Assembly: GCF_036588685.1 (NCBI RefSeq)
Contig: NC_086386.1
Coordinates: forward strand, 25,730,001-25,794,000
DNA: 64,000 nt
From: Mytilus trossulus
Lineage: Eukaryota
Reading direction: 5' to 3'
Shown: positions 12,766 through 25,540 of the stretch, piece after piece
How positions within the stretch are numbered: position 1 is the first letter of the stretch
How the letters are laid out: each line of letters opens with the position of its first letter
Program-made: the position numbers and the translations under genes
Notes under the pieces: model-generated
Database searches by the model: none
Told to the model about the DNA's origin: nothing
The model's input: only the letters and a program-made list of their open reading frames with translations

Positions 12766-14557
12766 TGTAGATACCTTGTAACAGTATTTTGGTTCCAATT
12801 TGCTGATATTGGATCTTAGTACCGTCTTAATTTCAGCGTAAATAAGATTATATTAAAAACCTCCCACATTTAGGACACCATCATTCAGTATCATAAAACC
12901 AGCAGGTAAAATGGTCAATATCAGAGCCGTACGTCTGTTTTTAAATAGATTATCTTCTTTTAAGAAATATTAATTTTGTCATCCAATTTTTCACCGCTTA
13001 CAAATGTCCGTTTTATTTCATACATAAACTTTTAAGTATCAGTATGTTTTTAATTCATATTGTTTCGTTTCGTTCCGCTTTTATTTCGTTTCGCTTTTTA
13101 CAGGTATCCCTCTTATTGCCCCTTTTCTATTTTGATATTTTAAGCAAACATTTAAAAAATCAAACTTTCAAAAAGTGAAATAATCAAAATTGCACGTTAG
13201 GTTTAGTATTTTAAAAGTTTGATCAAATATCTAAACTATCTAAAATTTCAAAACTTTTTAAAACTTTGAATTGATAAGTGTTACACGGACCATATATACC
13301 CCGTATACAGGTGCTGCTGGAATGTTGCTACTTAGATAAATAGTTTGATTTTATTTTAATATACTTTTTAGTTAAGAAAAAGCCTTTCTCGGAATGTAAT
13401 TTGAGATTGGTCTATTTAGTCTAATTGTCTGTTGAGTAAAACATTTCTTACATTTGATAATGTGATGTTTGATCTTGACATGAATTGGTGGACATTTATG
13501 TTTGAACTGTAAGTAAGTAGTTTTAAAGTGTTTGAAAAATTATAAAAACTTTAGACAGTTGTTCCATAGTCATGTGTATTAAGACCATAATCACGTAATC
13601 CACGGCTTTATCGTATTTTCTAAAAATAACTGTAAAATATTTAAATGAGATGACCTAACAACATTTCTTAAACACCGACCAGGAGGTTCTTATAACCACA
13701 CTGTGTACGTATACATGCTACTGACCATTGTTAAATACAAATACAGCTTTTACATTATAATTTACAAATAAACAAGGAAACATTTTAACGTTTTATTCTT
13801 CATCTTCTATGAAAAACAATTCATACATTTTTTGAGAACCTTTTAAACAACTGAACAATAGGATAATCTTAGATGCATGATTTTCTATATTAATTATTAT
13901 TGGCTTTGAACTAACAGTCAGTAACTGTGAGCACTTTCAGATCCGTGCCTAGTGGGTTTTTTTTAACGGAAAGTATAAGTACCACTTTGGGATTTGTTAG
14001 ATGTATTTCTTTATTTTTATCCGTCAGAAGAGTTATGCATATTCTACTGATTTGTATAATTTGTTCTTATGTTGTACCGTTTCAGGTTTGGTGAAGGATT
14101 TGTGCCTTCAAACTCGTTTTACACACTCTGTATGTTCCTAGTCTGCAATTAGTTTTTTGTACATCAAAGGTGTTTAAAGGAGGAATACGTGGATTGGAAA
14201 AAGAAAAAAATGCTACATGTATCTAGGTTTGCTAATTTGAAAGACTTGATGCTTTTAAACCATTTTGACCATCGTTTAGAAGATTATTGTTTAGTAGTAT
14301 TTTGCGGTACCGTCAAGTTTTAAAAGTTCTTTAAAACGACAAAATGATACATTTGCTGATTATGAACTTATTTGACTTCGCAGTGATTAGTCAAGTATCA
14401 ACCTTTTTATTTCATGAAGGGGACACAATATGTTACAGAGTCTACCTGTATGTTTAAAAAATGTTATATGTAACTTAATTTATGTGTGATTTTTTACAGG
14501 CTTATTGTATAGAAGTTTCATCTAAATTGTTATTTTCAAATGCTATGTACATCTTAT

Positions 14558-15556
14558 AGGTTTTAGATTTTAACGAGAGAAATTTATGTATTACTAAAAC
14601 ATTATTACACTAAGGTTCTAGATATCACAAACTTGTCAAAACATTTACTAAATTTTATCATCGGTATAAGGACATCATCCGTAAATATAGCTCAACGTGC
14701 AGACTTCTTATACGTTCAGGTATTTCACATCCAATTGTTTATGAAAATGTACTTTATAAAGCACAAAGGTGTCAGTATTCACCTCAGAAACCAAACAAAC
14801 CTTTAAATAGACTTAATTAGAAGGGATATAGTTACAATACCGTTGTCAGGTCATTAAAGATTGCATATTTTGGCGTTAATATTGATTCACTTATAGGGAC
14901 TTTGCATCGGAACTAAACACATTTATTCAAAAAACAGTTGTTCGCATGACACGGATTATGTTCTACTCATATATGTTATGATGGTATGATACTAAACCCC
15001 TAACGGGAATTATTGTGCCTGATGTTCATATGATGAAATCCTAATCTTTCAGTCAGTTTTATTGAAGTCTGGGGCAGCTGGCATGTCAGTAAACTGCTAG
15101 TAGTCTGTTTTTATTTATGTATTATAGTCATTTTGTTTATTTTCTTTGACTACATCTTCTGACATCAGACTCAGACTTCTCTTGAACTGAATTTTAACGT
15201 GTGTATTTTTATGCGTTTACTTTTCTACATTGGCTAGAGGTATAGGGGGAGGGTTGAGATCACACAAACATGTTTAACCCCGCCGCATTTTTGCGCCTGT
15301 CCCAAGTCAGGAGCGTCTGGCCTTTGTTAGTCTTGTATTATCTTAATTTTGGTTTCTTGTGTACAATTCGGAAATTAGTATGGCGTTCATTATCACTGAA
15401 CTAGTATACATTTGTTTAGGGGCCAGCTGAAGGACGCCTGCGGGTGCGGGAATTTCTTGCTACATTGAAGACCTGTTGGTGACCTTCTGCTGTTGTTTTT
15501 CTCATTGGTTGGGTTGTTGTCTCTTTGACACATTCCCCATTTCCATTCTCAATTTT
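14558..15556 (+). mobile_element. Family T1 Penelope-like retroelement 3' end (RT C-terminus + 3' UTR with twister)
   Basis: Decayed ORF LDFNERNLCIT..RYHKLVKTFTKFYHRYKDIIRKY...LHRN* (stop ~14916), homologous in pattern to the P1 RT tail; near-identical inverted copy at 22684-23520. Confidence 0.8.
15232..15322 (+). ncRNA. Type-P5 twister ribozyme motif
   Basis: ggctagaggt-ata-GGGG-GAGGG-...-TAA-CCCC-GCC-gcatttttgc-GCCTGTCCCAAGTCAGGA-gcgtctggcc. Confidence 0.8.
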
Positions 15557-17519
15557 ATTATGCGTGTTCATCTTTGCTATACAAATCTGAATAAAGTGTA
15601 TTTGTTTAATGACCAATATGAAGTTTGGGGACCAAAATGGGAGATAACACTTAATTAAAGTTATATAAGATTCATGTAAGCTTTGTATATCTTCTTAAAT
15701 GTCTAATTATAGATGTAAACCGTGTGAATATAATCATTAAAGAATAAAAAAGACAAAATTCGAAATTATATTTATAATATTATTGTCAAAACATAAAACA
15801 GACAGTCATTTTACTAGCGATGGGTTAAACAAGAGTCGATACTTGATAAGAAGTAGTGTATTATTAAAAGATAATCACCTTGCGACTATGTATACTAAAG
15901 TAACACAAGTTTAACAATACTTGCAATTGTGGTTACTTGTCAATTTTATGGCAGGTATATAATTATTAAATTATTATCTATATGACATAATACTACGATG
16001 TCTTTCTTTGAATGCTTTATATAATTCCTATTTGACTAGTAAAGCACTCTGTTTGTTTACATACCAGAACATACCGCTGTCGCGTCTTGTGTAACTAAAT
16101 AGATTATTATAGTTTATCATTTTCTATTGAAATATTAGACATTTTACATGGTTTTGTAATTGTGAGAGAATAAACAACGGTTCAGAGATTAACATTTTGT
16201 TTTCAATCGAATTAATTGATATTATTGTTTCCTACAAGTAGGATGATATTGTTTTATTGTAAAATAAAGACTTCAAAATAACAAGAAGGGATAACAGGGT
16301 TCAAAACATAGTGTTTTAATTACTTTTACCTATCTTATTTTGTTGCACTTATATGTCTGTATTTCCTTTTTCCATATAAAATAACCGAGCAATAAAACAA
16401 ACTATCAACGTTAACTACATAAAGGGGCATTCAAACTCATACGCCGAGTATAAAGGGACAATGCCATGCCTAAAAAAGACAAAAAAGATAACAATCCAAA
16501 CAATAGTATGCAAAACACTACATAGAAACTAATGACTGAGTTACACGAATATAGACAGTATTTCAAGACTTCGCATGTATATATTCTTACTTTTATGTTA
16601 AATTTTGATATGAGTTCGAATTGAAATATTTTATAAAACAAAAAGCGTCTATTGGTGGGTTAGAAATTGAGAAGTCCTTTTGATACATTTAAATTTAAGC
16701 TATTTTTAAAACAAAATAAATGATTTGAACAAGCTTTGACAATACTCTGTTTATATTTTTTTCAATCGTTTTTATTTCTTGCAAAGACGCGTAAGTATTT
16801 AGATCTCATTAAATTTGCAAATGTGCTTTCCAAATATCGAGAAGAGAAGAATAGTGTTTTGAAATGCTTAATATATACGCAAATGATTCAGAAATATTTT
16901 TTTTAAATTAGAATCAGTGGTTTCTTTCCAAAAAACTGTCAAAATCAATGGAATATTGTTCTGATATGAAACTTGAGTTGACATGCTAAGATGCGTTATA
17001 TACAACATGGCTTGAGACTGGAATGCACATTTTTGTAATTGAATCGATTGAACCTTTTATAGAATGTATTCAATTTAACTTTAAAAATAATAATTTTTAC
17101 TATGATTATATTCGATTTTTTAAAACAAATTACTCTGAGTTATCATACCGTCATTAATATAAAGATGGTTATTAGTTCTTACAGTTGTTGATTTACAGCC
17201 AAAAACGTCATCTATGTTGTGTATACAAAGCTATAATTACTTGTAAAATACATATAATTTGAATGAAATTACAATGTCAATCGTTATTGTAATACATGCA
17301 TGTTTTACAACGCAATATAGATTATCCCGTCTGTTTGTAAGAAATATTTGAATTCTTGTCTTTATATCAAATAAGAAATTCATAAGTGTGTGTCTAAATT
17401 TTATTTCTATGACGGCAGGTTATAGCCGTTTTTAAATATATGTGGTATCCTAAATCAAACACAATACATCATCTAGCATATGATTCCGTCATATTCTTAT
17501 AATTCGTATACATAGTCAA

Positions 17520-17764
17520 GAGCCTCTGGCCTTTGTTAGTCTTGTATTATTTTAATGTTAGTTTCTTGTGTACAATTTTGAAATTAGTACGGCTTTCAAA
17601 ATCACTGAACTAGTATATTTTTGTGTAGGGGCCAGCTGAAGGACGCATCCGGGTGCGGGAATTTCTCGCTACGTTGAAGACCTGTTGGTGACCTTCTGCT
17701 GTTGTTTTTTCTATGGTCGGGTTGTTGTCTCTTTGACACATTCTCCATTTTCATTCTAAATTTT
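17520..17764 (+). repeat. Family T1 5'-truncated 3' end
   Basis: Matches ~15312-15556; diverged relative at 18555-18735. Confidence 0.85.
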
Positions 17765-18891
17765 ATATGATACCAAGCCGTATAAAAGCAACTCAGAATT
17801 AAAGCACTACTAATCACCCTTTACTTATTGATACATATTTATATTTGGGTCATGAATTTTGTGCAAACGATCGTACTTTTATAAATTTGTTTTCATTTGA
17901 AAAGAAAGGAATTGATGGAATTTGACGCGACTGTCTTACAATTAAGAGGTTTAGCTAGTTATTTTGAATAGTCATTGGAGTTCCGTATTTCGTGCTTTTA
18001 TTGTTTTTACAATATATCACGTTAAGAATTATTATAATTATTATGATGCACGTGTACAATTGTATTAGAAATTTAATAAATAGTTCATGCCAATAACAGC
18101 TCTATGATGTGTTATATGCTTTATTTTAAAAGTGTTACTACTAGTTTAAAGATGTGAACACATTTAGTTAGATTTTTTTTAAATCTCTGAATATATATAT
18201 AAGAATCAAAAACTGTTGTTTCATTCTTTATGGGGAGTTACTTTTTAATGAAGGTTGATCTTAGAAAGGCAAACGGACTCCTGAAATTTATCATTGTGTT
18301 GTTTTCTTTACACATATAGCTTACAATCGTCTATATGTGAATTGGTTGGTTGATTCATTGTTGTTAGCTAATATATTAGTTTTCAAATCTTGCATGTGGA
18401 ACTTAATTAATGAACTCCGGCGGTAGGTTTTTCTAGAAGTAAAGATTGTGTTATAGACTAAACTGACGATAAAGTTTTACGGGATATTTGAAAAAATATT
18501 CGGTAGCAAGATATTTTATCAATGTTGAAGAAATTATAACAGTAAAACTGACTTAATTCGGAGTTTAGTATGACGTCTTTTATCACTGTACTAGTATACA
18601 TATATTTTTAGTGGTCAGCTGAAGACCGCGGGAGTTTATCGCTACATTGAGGACCAATTGGTGGCCTTCGGATGTTGTCTGCTGTGTGGTCGGGTTGTTG
18701 TCGCTTTGATAATACCCCTTTTTCTCTCTCAATTTTTTTTTAAAAAACTGGTATACCAACATTTATTCCCGTTATATATTAATCAATAAAATACACTTAA
18801 GTCAAAGTTTATAGCTTTTAATATATTCAGATTTTTTATCTTACAGACGTGAAATACTCTGCCAGTATAATAAAATGACAAAGTAGACTTA

Positions 18892-19059
18892 AGAGATAAC
18901 TGTATTGTATTTGAAGCTTTAAGGACGTCCATTGGTAGTTTTACTGTCGCAAATATAGTTTACCTGGCGACTCGGAGCGGAGACAGGTAAACAGGTATTT
19001 GCGACAGTAAAACTACCGATGGACGTCCGCAAAGCTTCAAATACAATACAGTTATCTCT
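18892..19059. mobile_element. ~170-bp hairpin repeat (Crypton-like or MITE)
   Basis: AGAGATAACTGTATTGTATTTGAAGCTTT...AAAGCTTCAAATACAATACAGTTATCTCT, arms ~75 bp with a GC-rich loop. Confidence 0.75.
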
Positions 19060-20399
19060 ATTCTAATGCAAAACAAGTTTATAATTAAATTTCAATCATT
19101 ATTTCAGTATAAAATGTTCATTAAAGAAAATTCCGCGAAAAGATGTTATGTTCTTTGATCCCTATACTAGGTGACGTCATAGGTATGCTGCCGGCGTCAA
19201 ACATAAACACCGGGCGTTTTCTGGTTTCGGTGCCGCTTCAGAATGTAATAAAATTGGGTAAAAAAGAAGATTTTTAGGCGCAACAAGTGAGTTTTTTGTT
19301 TATTATTGTAGAAATAACATGTCAATACATTCCGAAATTCAAAATGTCGGCTTCCTTAGTTACAGACAAGGAGATAGAGAATTTTACGCTTGCTGTTATC
19401 CAATCAGAACAATTGTTACAAAATAATTGCATCAGAAATTTGTTTATATGCACTCGGCCTCAAATACTCATGTGCAACTCAAGCCATGAAAGTCCAGTTA
19501 AATACTTGATATCTTTGGCTAACAATCTCAGTTGGGTATATGATTCTTGACTTAATTTTTGGTCCACAATTATATTCTCAAACACCAAAATAATGTTAAA
19601 TTTGTAGTTCTGATAAAACAATTGAAACATGAATGTTAGAAATTGAAACAAATATTTCATAAACCAACACCAGAACATGTAGAACTACCATATGTTCAGT
19701 GTGAAATTAAATTAACGCACAACTCCAATCAGAACATTCTTTAAGATGGAACAACCGCGATAAAGGGATATGTTTGGTAAATATATAAAATATCAAAAAT
19801 GACATTAGATCACTTACGCATACCTTACATCTTTAACGTACACTACCCGTTGCGTTTTTCCGTCAGAGCAAATATGACTTATCGTATCTCATTTGACCAG
19901 ACGTATTTGCGAATTCATGCAAACTGAACAACAAAATACATCCATAGTGTCAATATCGGGTATAATATATTACTATAAAAACTGAGCGCAAAAACGTATA
20001 TTTCAAAACTAAACGATAGTATATACCAGAAGAATATTGATAACAGTTAATTTTCTCCCGCTTTCATGTTGATGCTTTCTACGCGGTTACTATTGTTTTC
20101 CTTGCAAGACAAATCTCTCCCGAAGATATTGGCAAGCGTGCTAAAAACGATGTTAATATGGAAAACAAAATTAAATCCTCATTCAACAATTTTATTTCTT
20201 TTACCGAAATCATCTAGATGCTTGATCTCATGATTGACAACACATAATTCTTTGCGTCCTATTTCTGTAGTCACGTGAGGCAGACTATCTGCAAAGGAAT
20301 CTTCTGATAGATGAATAGATGCTATATATATATCATTATCCTGTAATTTTCCGTTCCACTATGCAAAAGATGTTTGTCCCCTTTCCCAAGTCAATGTTT

Positions 20400-21052
20400 G
20401 ATGACCATGTTGAAAGAATCTTTCCCTACAAACGTGAATGAATACCAACTTTACTTTCCGCTATATAGATGATAATCTATCATTTAATAATTCAAAATTT
20501 AATAGTAAACGCATCTATTCCATAGAACTAGAGATAAAGCATACAATGTCACAACCGTTACAGTTAAATCGGCCACTACCAAAAACCGAGAAATTGACAA
20601 TGAGGGTCGGGTAAAGACTAAACTTGTATGTTCAATCATGCTTTCCTGGAAAGTGGGTTACTGCTCACAAGAAAGCTATTAAACCAAGAGTTCCAAAAGG
20701 TGAATATGAAATCATCCCTTTGTAAATTTTACGGACGCCATCACAAGTTGGTTGACCGTTATGAAATAGCCGTTTCAAAGATGATATTTGATATGTTCCT
20801 TTTGTCGAAACTATATTTCCCTTCCCTATTCACTAATATGACCTATCGAATAAGACTGTATATCAGGTTTGTTAAAATATGAGCAACACGACGGGTGCCA
20901 CATTCGAATCAGGATATTTCCTTTCAGGAGAACCTGAAATCATCCAAAGATTTTTTTCATTTTCTTTTTCTTTTTCTTTTTTAGTTATGGCGTTGACAGA
21001 TTTTTTCGATCTATGATTATCACTGTCCCTCTAGTATCTTTCGCCACTCTTT
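20400..21052 (+). mobile_element. Family P1 Penelope-like RT fragment
   Basis: FTFRYIDDNLSFNNSKF at ~20450-20500 (YIDD catalytic motif); LLLTRKLLNQEFQ...FYGRHH. Confidence 0.82.
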
Positions 21053-22683
21053 TATGTTATCACCCTCTGATGTGTGTTTTCTATGTTTCGTTTTTGTTAT
21101 TGTTCTTTGTCCTTGCGTCTGTATGTTAGCTCATGGTCATTGTTACTGCGATTACCCCTTTATATTTCCACCTGTTTTTGTCTATTACCTTGTTCTGCCT
21201 CTTTGTTATATATATATTTGTTGACTGCTTTACCCTTAATTTTTTACATTGCTACATATTTTTTCTGTTCTTTTTTGTTCACTTATCTTTGTCAATATAA
21301 TGGAATGTGATGCGACTGTCATACAAGTGAGAGGTTTAGATAGCTATAAAATCAGGTTTAATCCATCGTTGTCTATATAAAAACATACATGTATTAAGTC
21401 AGATATATAAAATCTATTATTCATTCGTTTGATGTGTTTCAGCTTTTGTTTTGCTCTTTGATTTCTTTTGAATTTTCTTTGGATTTTCTGTGATTTAACT
21501 TTTTTATTTGTATTTTCTGCAATTGACAGTGTTAACACGTTCTAACATGACAATTGATCCACGCGATGCAAAATTATATATGAACCACTTGAAAGTACAG
21601 TGGCTATTAATTGAGCTGTTAACATTTATATTGGTAACTGCAACCATCTTTTGAAAAGGTATCATTATGAAACTTTTGTTTTGGTTTGTATTTTGTTTAT
21701 ACTGTTTGATTAAGGAAACGGAATGTTGAGTGATAAAATGTAGCATATTTCAGCTCCTGGCGGTTGCTTTAAAAATTCTACACAATTAACCCAATTCCGA
21801 AAATGTTTTGTTTTACAAACGATGTAGTGTTTCATGTATATAGATTTGTGTTGTCTCATATCCCACATCTTCGTTTTGTTTGTTCAATCTTGGATTACAA
21901 AAGGACTTAAAAGAAATGCAAATGAATCCTTTTTTTTATTTCTTTTTTATTGATATCACACGAAACATCACACCGAGAGGTGTTCGTTAATACTTTCAAT
22001 TTCAACATACATCAATAGACAGACAATACAAAAAGTACACAATACATCTATTAATATAGGATTATATTTTAAAATAAAAAAATAGAAATACACTGCAAAA
22101 AAAACATGAAAAATGAAAAATTTCAAACGTGGACTTTATATTCAAGTAAACGCAATTTTGAGTTAAGTTTGTGTGTTTTGATGGTCATAAACTCTAAACA
22201 AATTTTGCATTATGATCATTACTTTTTAATATAGACACTTTCTATGATATTAACTGATTGAAAAAATAGTCAACGATAAATCTTACGGGGCAATGGATAA
22301 TATAAAAATGAGTCAGTACACTACAAAATATAATGTATAACAAGTCTAAAAGGGTACAACATCACCAAAAACACAACATGATATACATTCTACACATTTG
22401 TTAGTTTGTTTCTTTTTGATGGTCAGTTATACCTAAGTATGAGCTTTGTATCTTTGATGAATATGTATTGGTAGATGCCTCCGCTATGTGTATGGTTTTA
22501 GTGCAGAAGGAAGTGGTATAGTCAATTTGCAAATAACAGCATTGATTATTAATCGTATGAAAAAAGTTGATTGCTTATTTAATTTTTTTTTAAATCCACC
22601 AATCATTTTCTCGTGGAACATTTTAGACGTACATTATGTAGATAACACTATTCAATAACTGTGTTTGGGACTTATTATGATAA

Positions 22684-23520
22684 TAAAATTGAGAAAGAAA
22701 ATGAGGAATGTGTCAAAGCGACAACAACCCGATTATAGAGCAGACAACAGCCGAAGGCCATCAAAGGGTCTTCAATGTAGCGAGAATTCCCGCACTCGTA
22801 GGTGTCCTTCAGCTAAACTCCGGATTATACACAAGAAACTAAAATAAAAAATCATACAAGACGAACAAAGGCCAGAGGCTCCTGACTTGAGACAGGCGCA
22901 AATTTGCGGCGGGGTTAAACATGTTCATGATATCTCAACCCTCCCCCTATACCTCTAGCCAATGTAGAAAAGTAAACGCATAACAATATGCACATTAAAA
23001 TCGGTTCAAGAGAAGTCCGAGCCCGATGCCAAAAGATGTTACAAAAGAAAAATAATAAAATGACAATAATACATAAATTACAACAGACTACTAGCAGTTA
23101 ACTGACATGTTAGCTCCAGAAATCAATTAAACTGATTGAAAGATTATGTCTTCATCATATGAATATCTGACACAATCCCTCCGGTTAAGGGTTTAGTATC
23201 ATACTATCATACAATATATGAAAAGAACATAACCCATGTCATGCCAACAACTGTTTTTTTTTTAAATAAATGTGTTTAGTTCCGATGCAAAGAACCTATA
23301 AGTGAATCCATATTGAAGCCAAAATATGCAACCTTTAATGACCTGGCAACAGTATCGTTACTATACCCCTTCTTAATAAGTCTGTTTAAAGATTTTGTAA
23401 GCTTTTGATGTGAATACTGAAATATTTGTGCTTTTTTAAGAATAATACCATAAAAAATTGGATGTGAAATACCTGAACATATAAGATGTCTGCATGTTGA
23501 GTTATATTTACGATTTATTT
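22684..23520 (-). mobile_element. Family T1 Penelope-like 3' end with twister (22870-22960)
   Basis: Reverse complement of ~14660-15556. Confidence 0.85.
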
Positions 23521-23733
23521 GCTTATACCGGTGATAACATTTAGTAAATGTTTTGCCCAGTTACGTAGGGATGTGATTTTTTTCTGAATAAAAATTTATG
23601 GCAAAGTGGTATATAGGGTAAACAAATCAAAACTTTGAACAGATTCAAAATCACCGATATATGCATGCAATTTATCAAATACTTCCAACGTGTTTTTGAC
23701 ACTCTAAATAAAATGAACGGTAGCAATTTTATT

Positions 23734-23777
23734 GCACCAGATGCGCATTTCGACAATACATGTCTCTTCAGTGATGC
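23734..23777 (-). ncRNA. Minimal type-I hammerhead ribozyme (family H2), intact core
   Basis: Minus strand: gcatca-CTGAAGA-gaca-tgtat-tgtc-GAAA-tgcgca-TC-tggtgc. Confidence 0.85.
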
Positions 23778-24234
23778 TTGTGGCCAAAATATTTGAAAAT
23801 ACAAAGCTTATATAAAAAAAGATGAAGAGCTATAATCCAAAGGGTTCAAAAAGTACAGCCAAATTCGTTAAGGGAATCAGAGCTTTGCATGAGGGAGATA
23901 CATTCCTTAATTTCTAATAATTTCTAACATTTTGTAACTGCAAATTTTAATAACAAAAGTAACTAATTCTACTATTTTCAAAGGCCTGATTTGAACAATT
24001 TATTATCAGGTTTTTTATTGTACCAAGTGTACTAGTAAGTAAACAAGACAATATAGCAGTGGACAATGGCTTGAAGATAAAACAAATCTATATTTAAGTT
24101 CATTAAGATGCCAACAAATGATAACAATATTCATTTACATCACTTTAAAAACAACATTAATCATACAGAAAGTAAGAACTGATAATGCTTTACATAGTAT
24201 AATGTATTATAATTTTTTCTGTGTTTTTTTTTTA

Positions 24235-24510
24235 ATTAAGGAATGACTGTAATATATCTTATGGGTATGGACAAATACCATCAAAAATGAAGTGCACACT
24301 GAATAACCCATTTGTATTTCAAAGTGTGCACCACATTTTTGATGTTTTTTTTCGAATAGACAGAAAAAAAATTTACAGTCATTTCTTATAATTTAATTCT
24401 AAATTTCATTTCAAACCGGAGTCACGGTCACATGACAAAATTATCTCTATGAGCTGATACACAAAACAACACAGTCAATCAGAAGACGCGTAACATCCAA
24501 CATTAAATTA
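24235..24510 (-). mobile_element. Hairpin-ended repeat (Crypton-like), same family as 50755-51056
   Basis: Shared GGAATGACTGTAA..GTGCACACTGAATAAC palindrome and ACGCG(T)CTTCTGATTG / GTCATGTGACCGTGAC flank. Confidence 0.75.
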
Positions 24511-25148
24511 TTCTCAGATAGATAATGATTTTTCCAGGATTTTAATTATATATAAGAACTAGATTCGAAATACATTTGCCGAAAACAAATATTCGTTTAA
24601 CATTCAAGATTAACATTAGACAATATTCAATATGTCAAGTTTATAAATATCTTTTAAAAAATGTAATTGCAAGAATAAACTAAAATTTTCTAATGGGAAT
24701 ATCAAATTTACAGTTGAATTCCTTTGGAAAAATATTTTAAGCTTGGCATTTACTAATAAATATCACTAGATTGGATTTTGTTTATATGTTAGAGTGCTGT
24801 CTTGCAAAAGTTTCATCGAATCTCATTTCAAAAGTAAAGATTTAAAGTAAATCCAATGCCAAACAAAATGGTATTCTAGAATAAAATACCGACTTGATAT
24901 GCGAATATTCATGTTATACATATATATCATAAACAGATCTCTAGTCATTATCTCAAAATATTGGACTAGTACAAATATCACTACGCCAAATGGGTGAAAT
25001 TCAGAAACAGATTAGTGAATTAGAACCCACATGAGTGAAAAAAAACGACAAAAAATAATCAGATTCATTAAAATTAGTCTTGACAACTGTTTAATTTTAG
25101 TAAGAAATCATTATTTTTGCCAATGGACAGTAGTCATCTCAGTTTCTT

Positions 25149-25540
25149 TTAGAGTCTTCTTAAACATGCGAACATGTCGTATACAGCTGAATTAGTGTCA
25201 GAGTTATCTGTCGGTGAGCACCTACAAGTATACGGACAATCTATTTCATTCAACACTCCAGAGTCAATCAATGGTTGCACTTCGCATTTCCTGAGCCAAA
25301 TATAATCAGTTATTTTCAAGCTTTCTGTTGTATTCGACATCCTTCTCTGACATTGGCAAGCATTAGATCTAGACGTACTTGTACAATTCTGTTTGTCCAA
25401 GTTTGTTGCAACAGTTGTAGGTGTTTTTTGTTTCGTTGAAGTGTCCTTTTGATTAGAAGTCTCAACTGAATATATCTTTGACGTTTCCAACATGTTTGTC
25501 GTTGTTTCCATCATGATTTTGGAAGGGAAATTTGGTGTTC
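25149..25540 (-). CDS. Gene A exon 8: S/T-rich linker, Cys-rich tail, stop
   Basis: Acceptor ttgcag, phase 1; matches ORF 25149..25592 from GTPNF onward. Confidence 0.85.

Larger units (their letters stand above)
10453..13291. mobile_element. 2.8 kb non-autonomous DNA element with long TIRs inserted into the P1 fragment
   Basis: GGTCCGTGTAACACTTATCAATTCAAAG at 10453 and its reverse complement ending at 13291; 10640-10770 is inverted at 13098-13227; ATATAT on both flanks. Confidence 0.85.

Noticed and set aside
15416-15658. Recurrent ORFs such as MVTFCCC.../KRQQPD (also at 17602, 22665, 28873)
   Set aside because: Translations of the non-coding T1 repeat end
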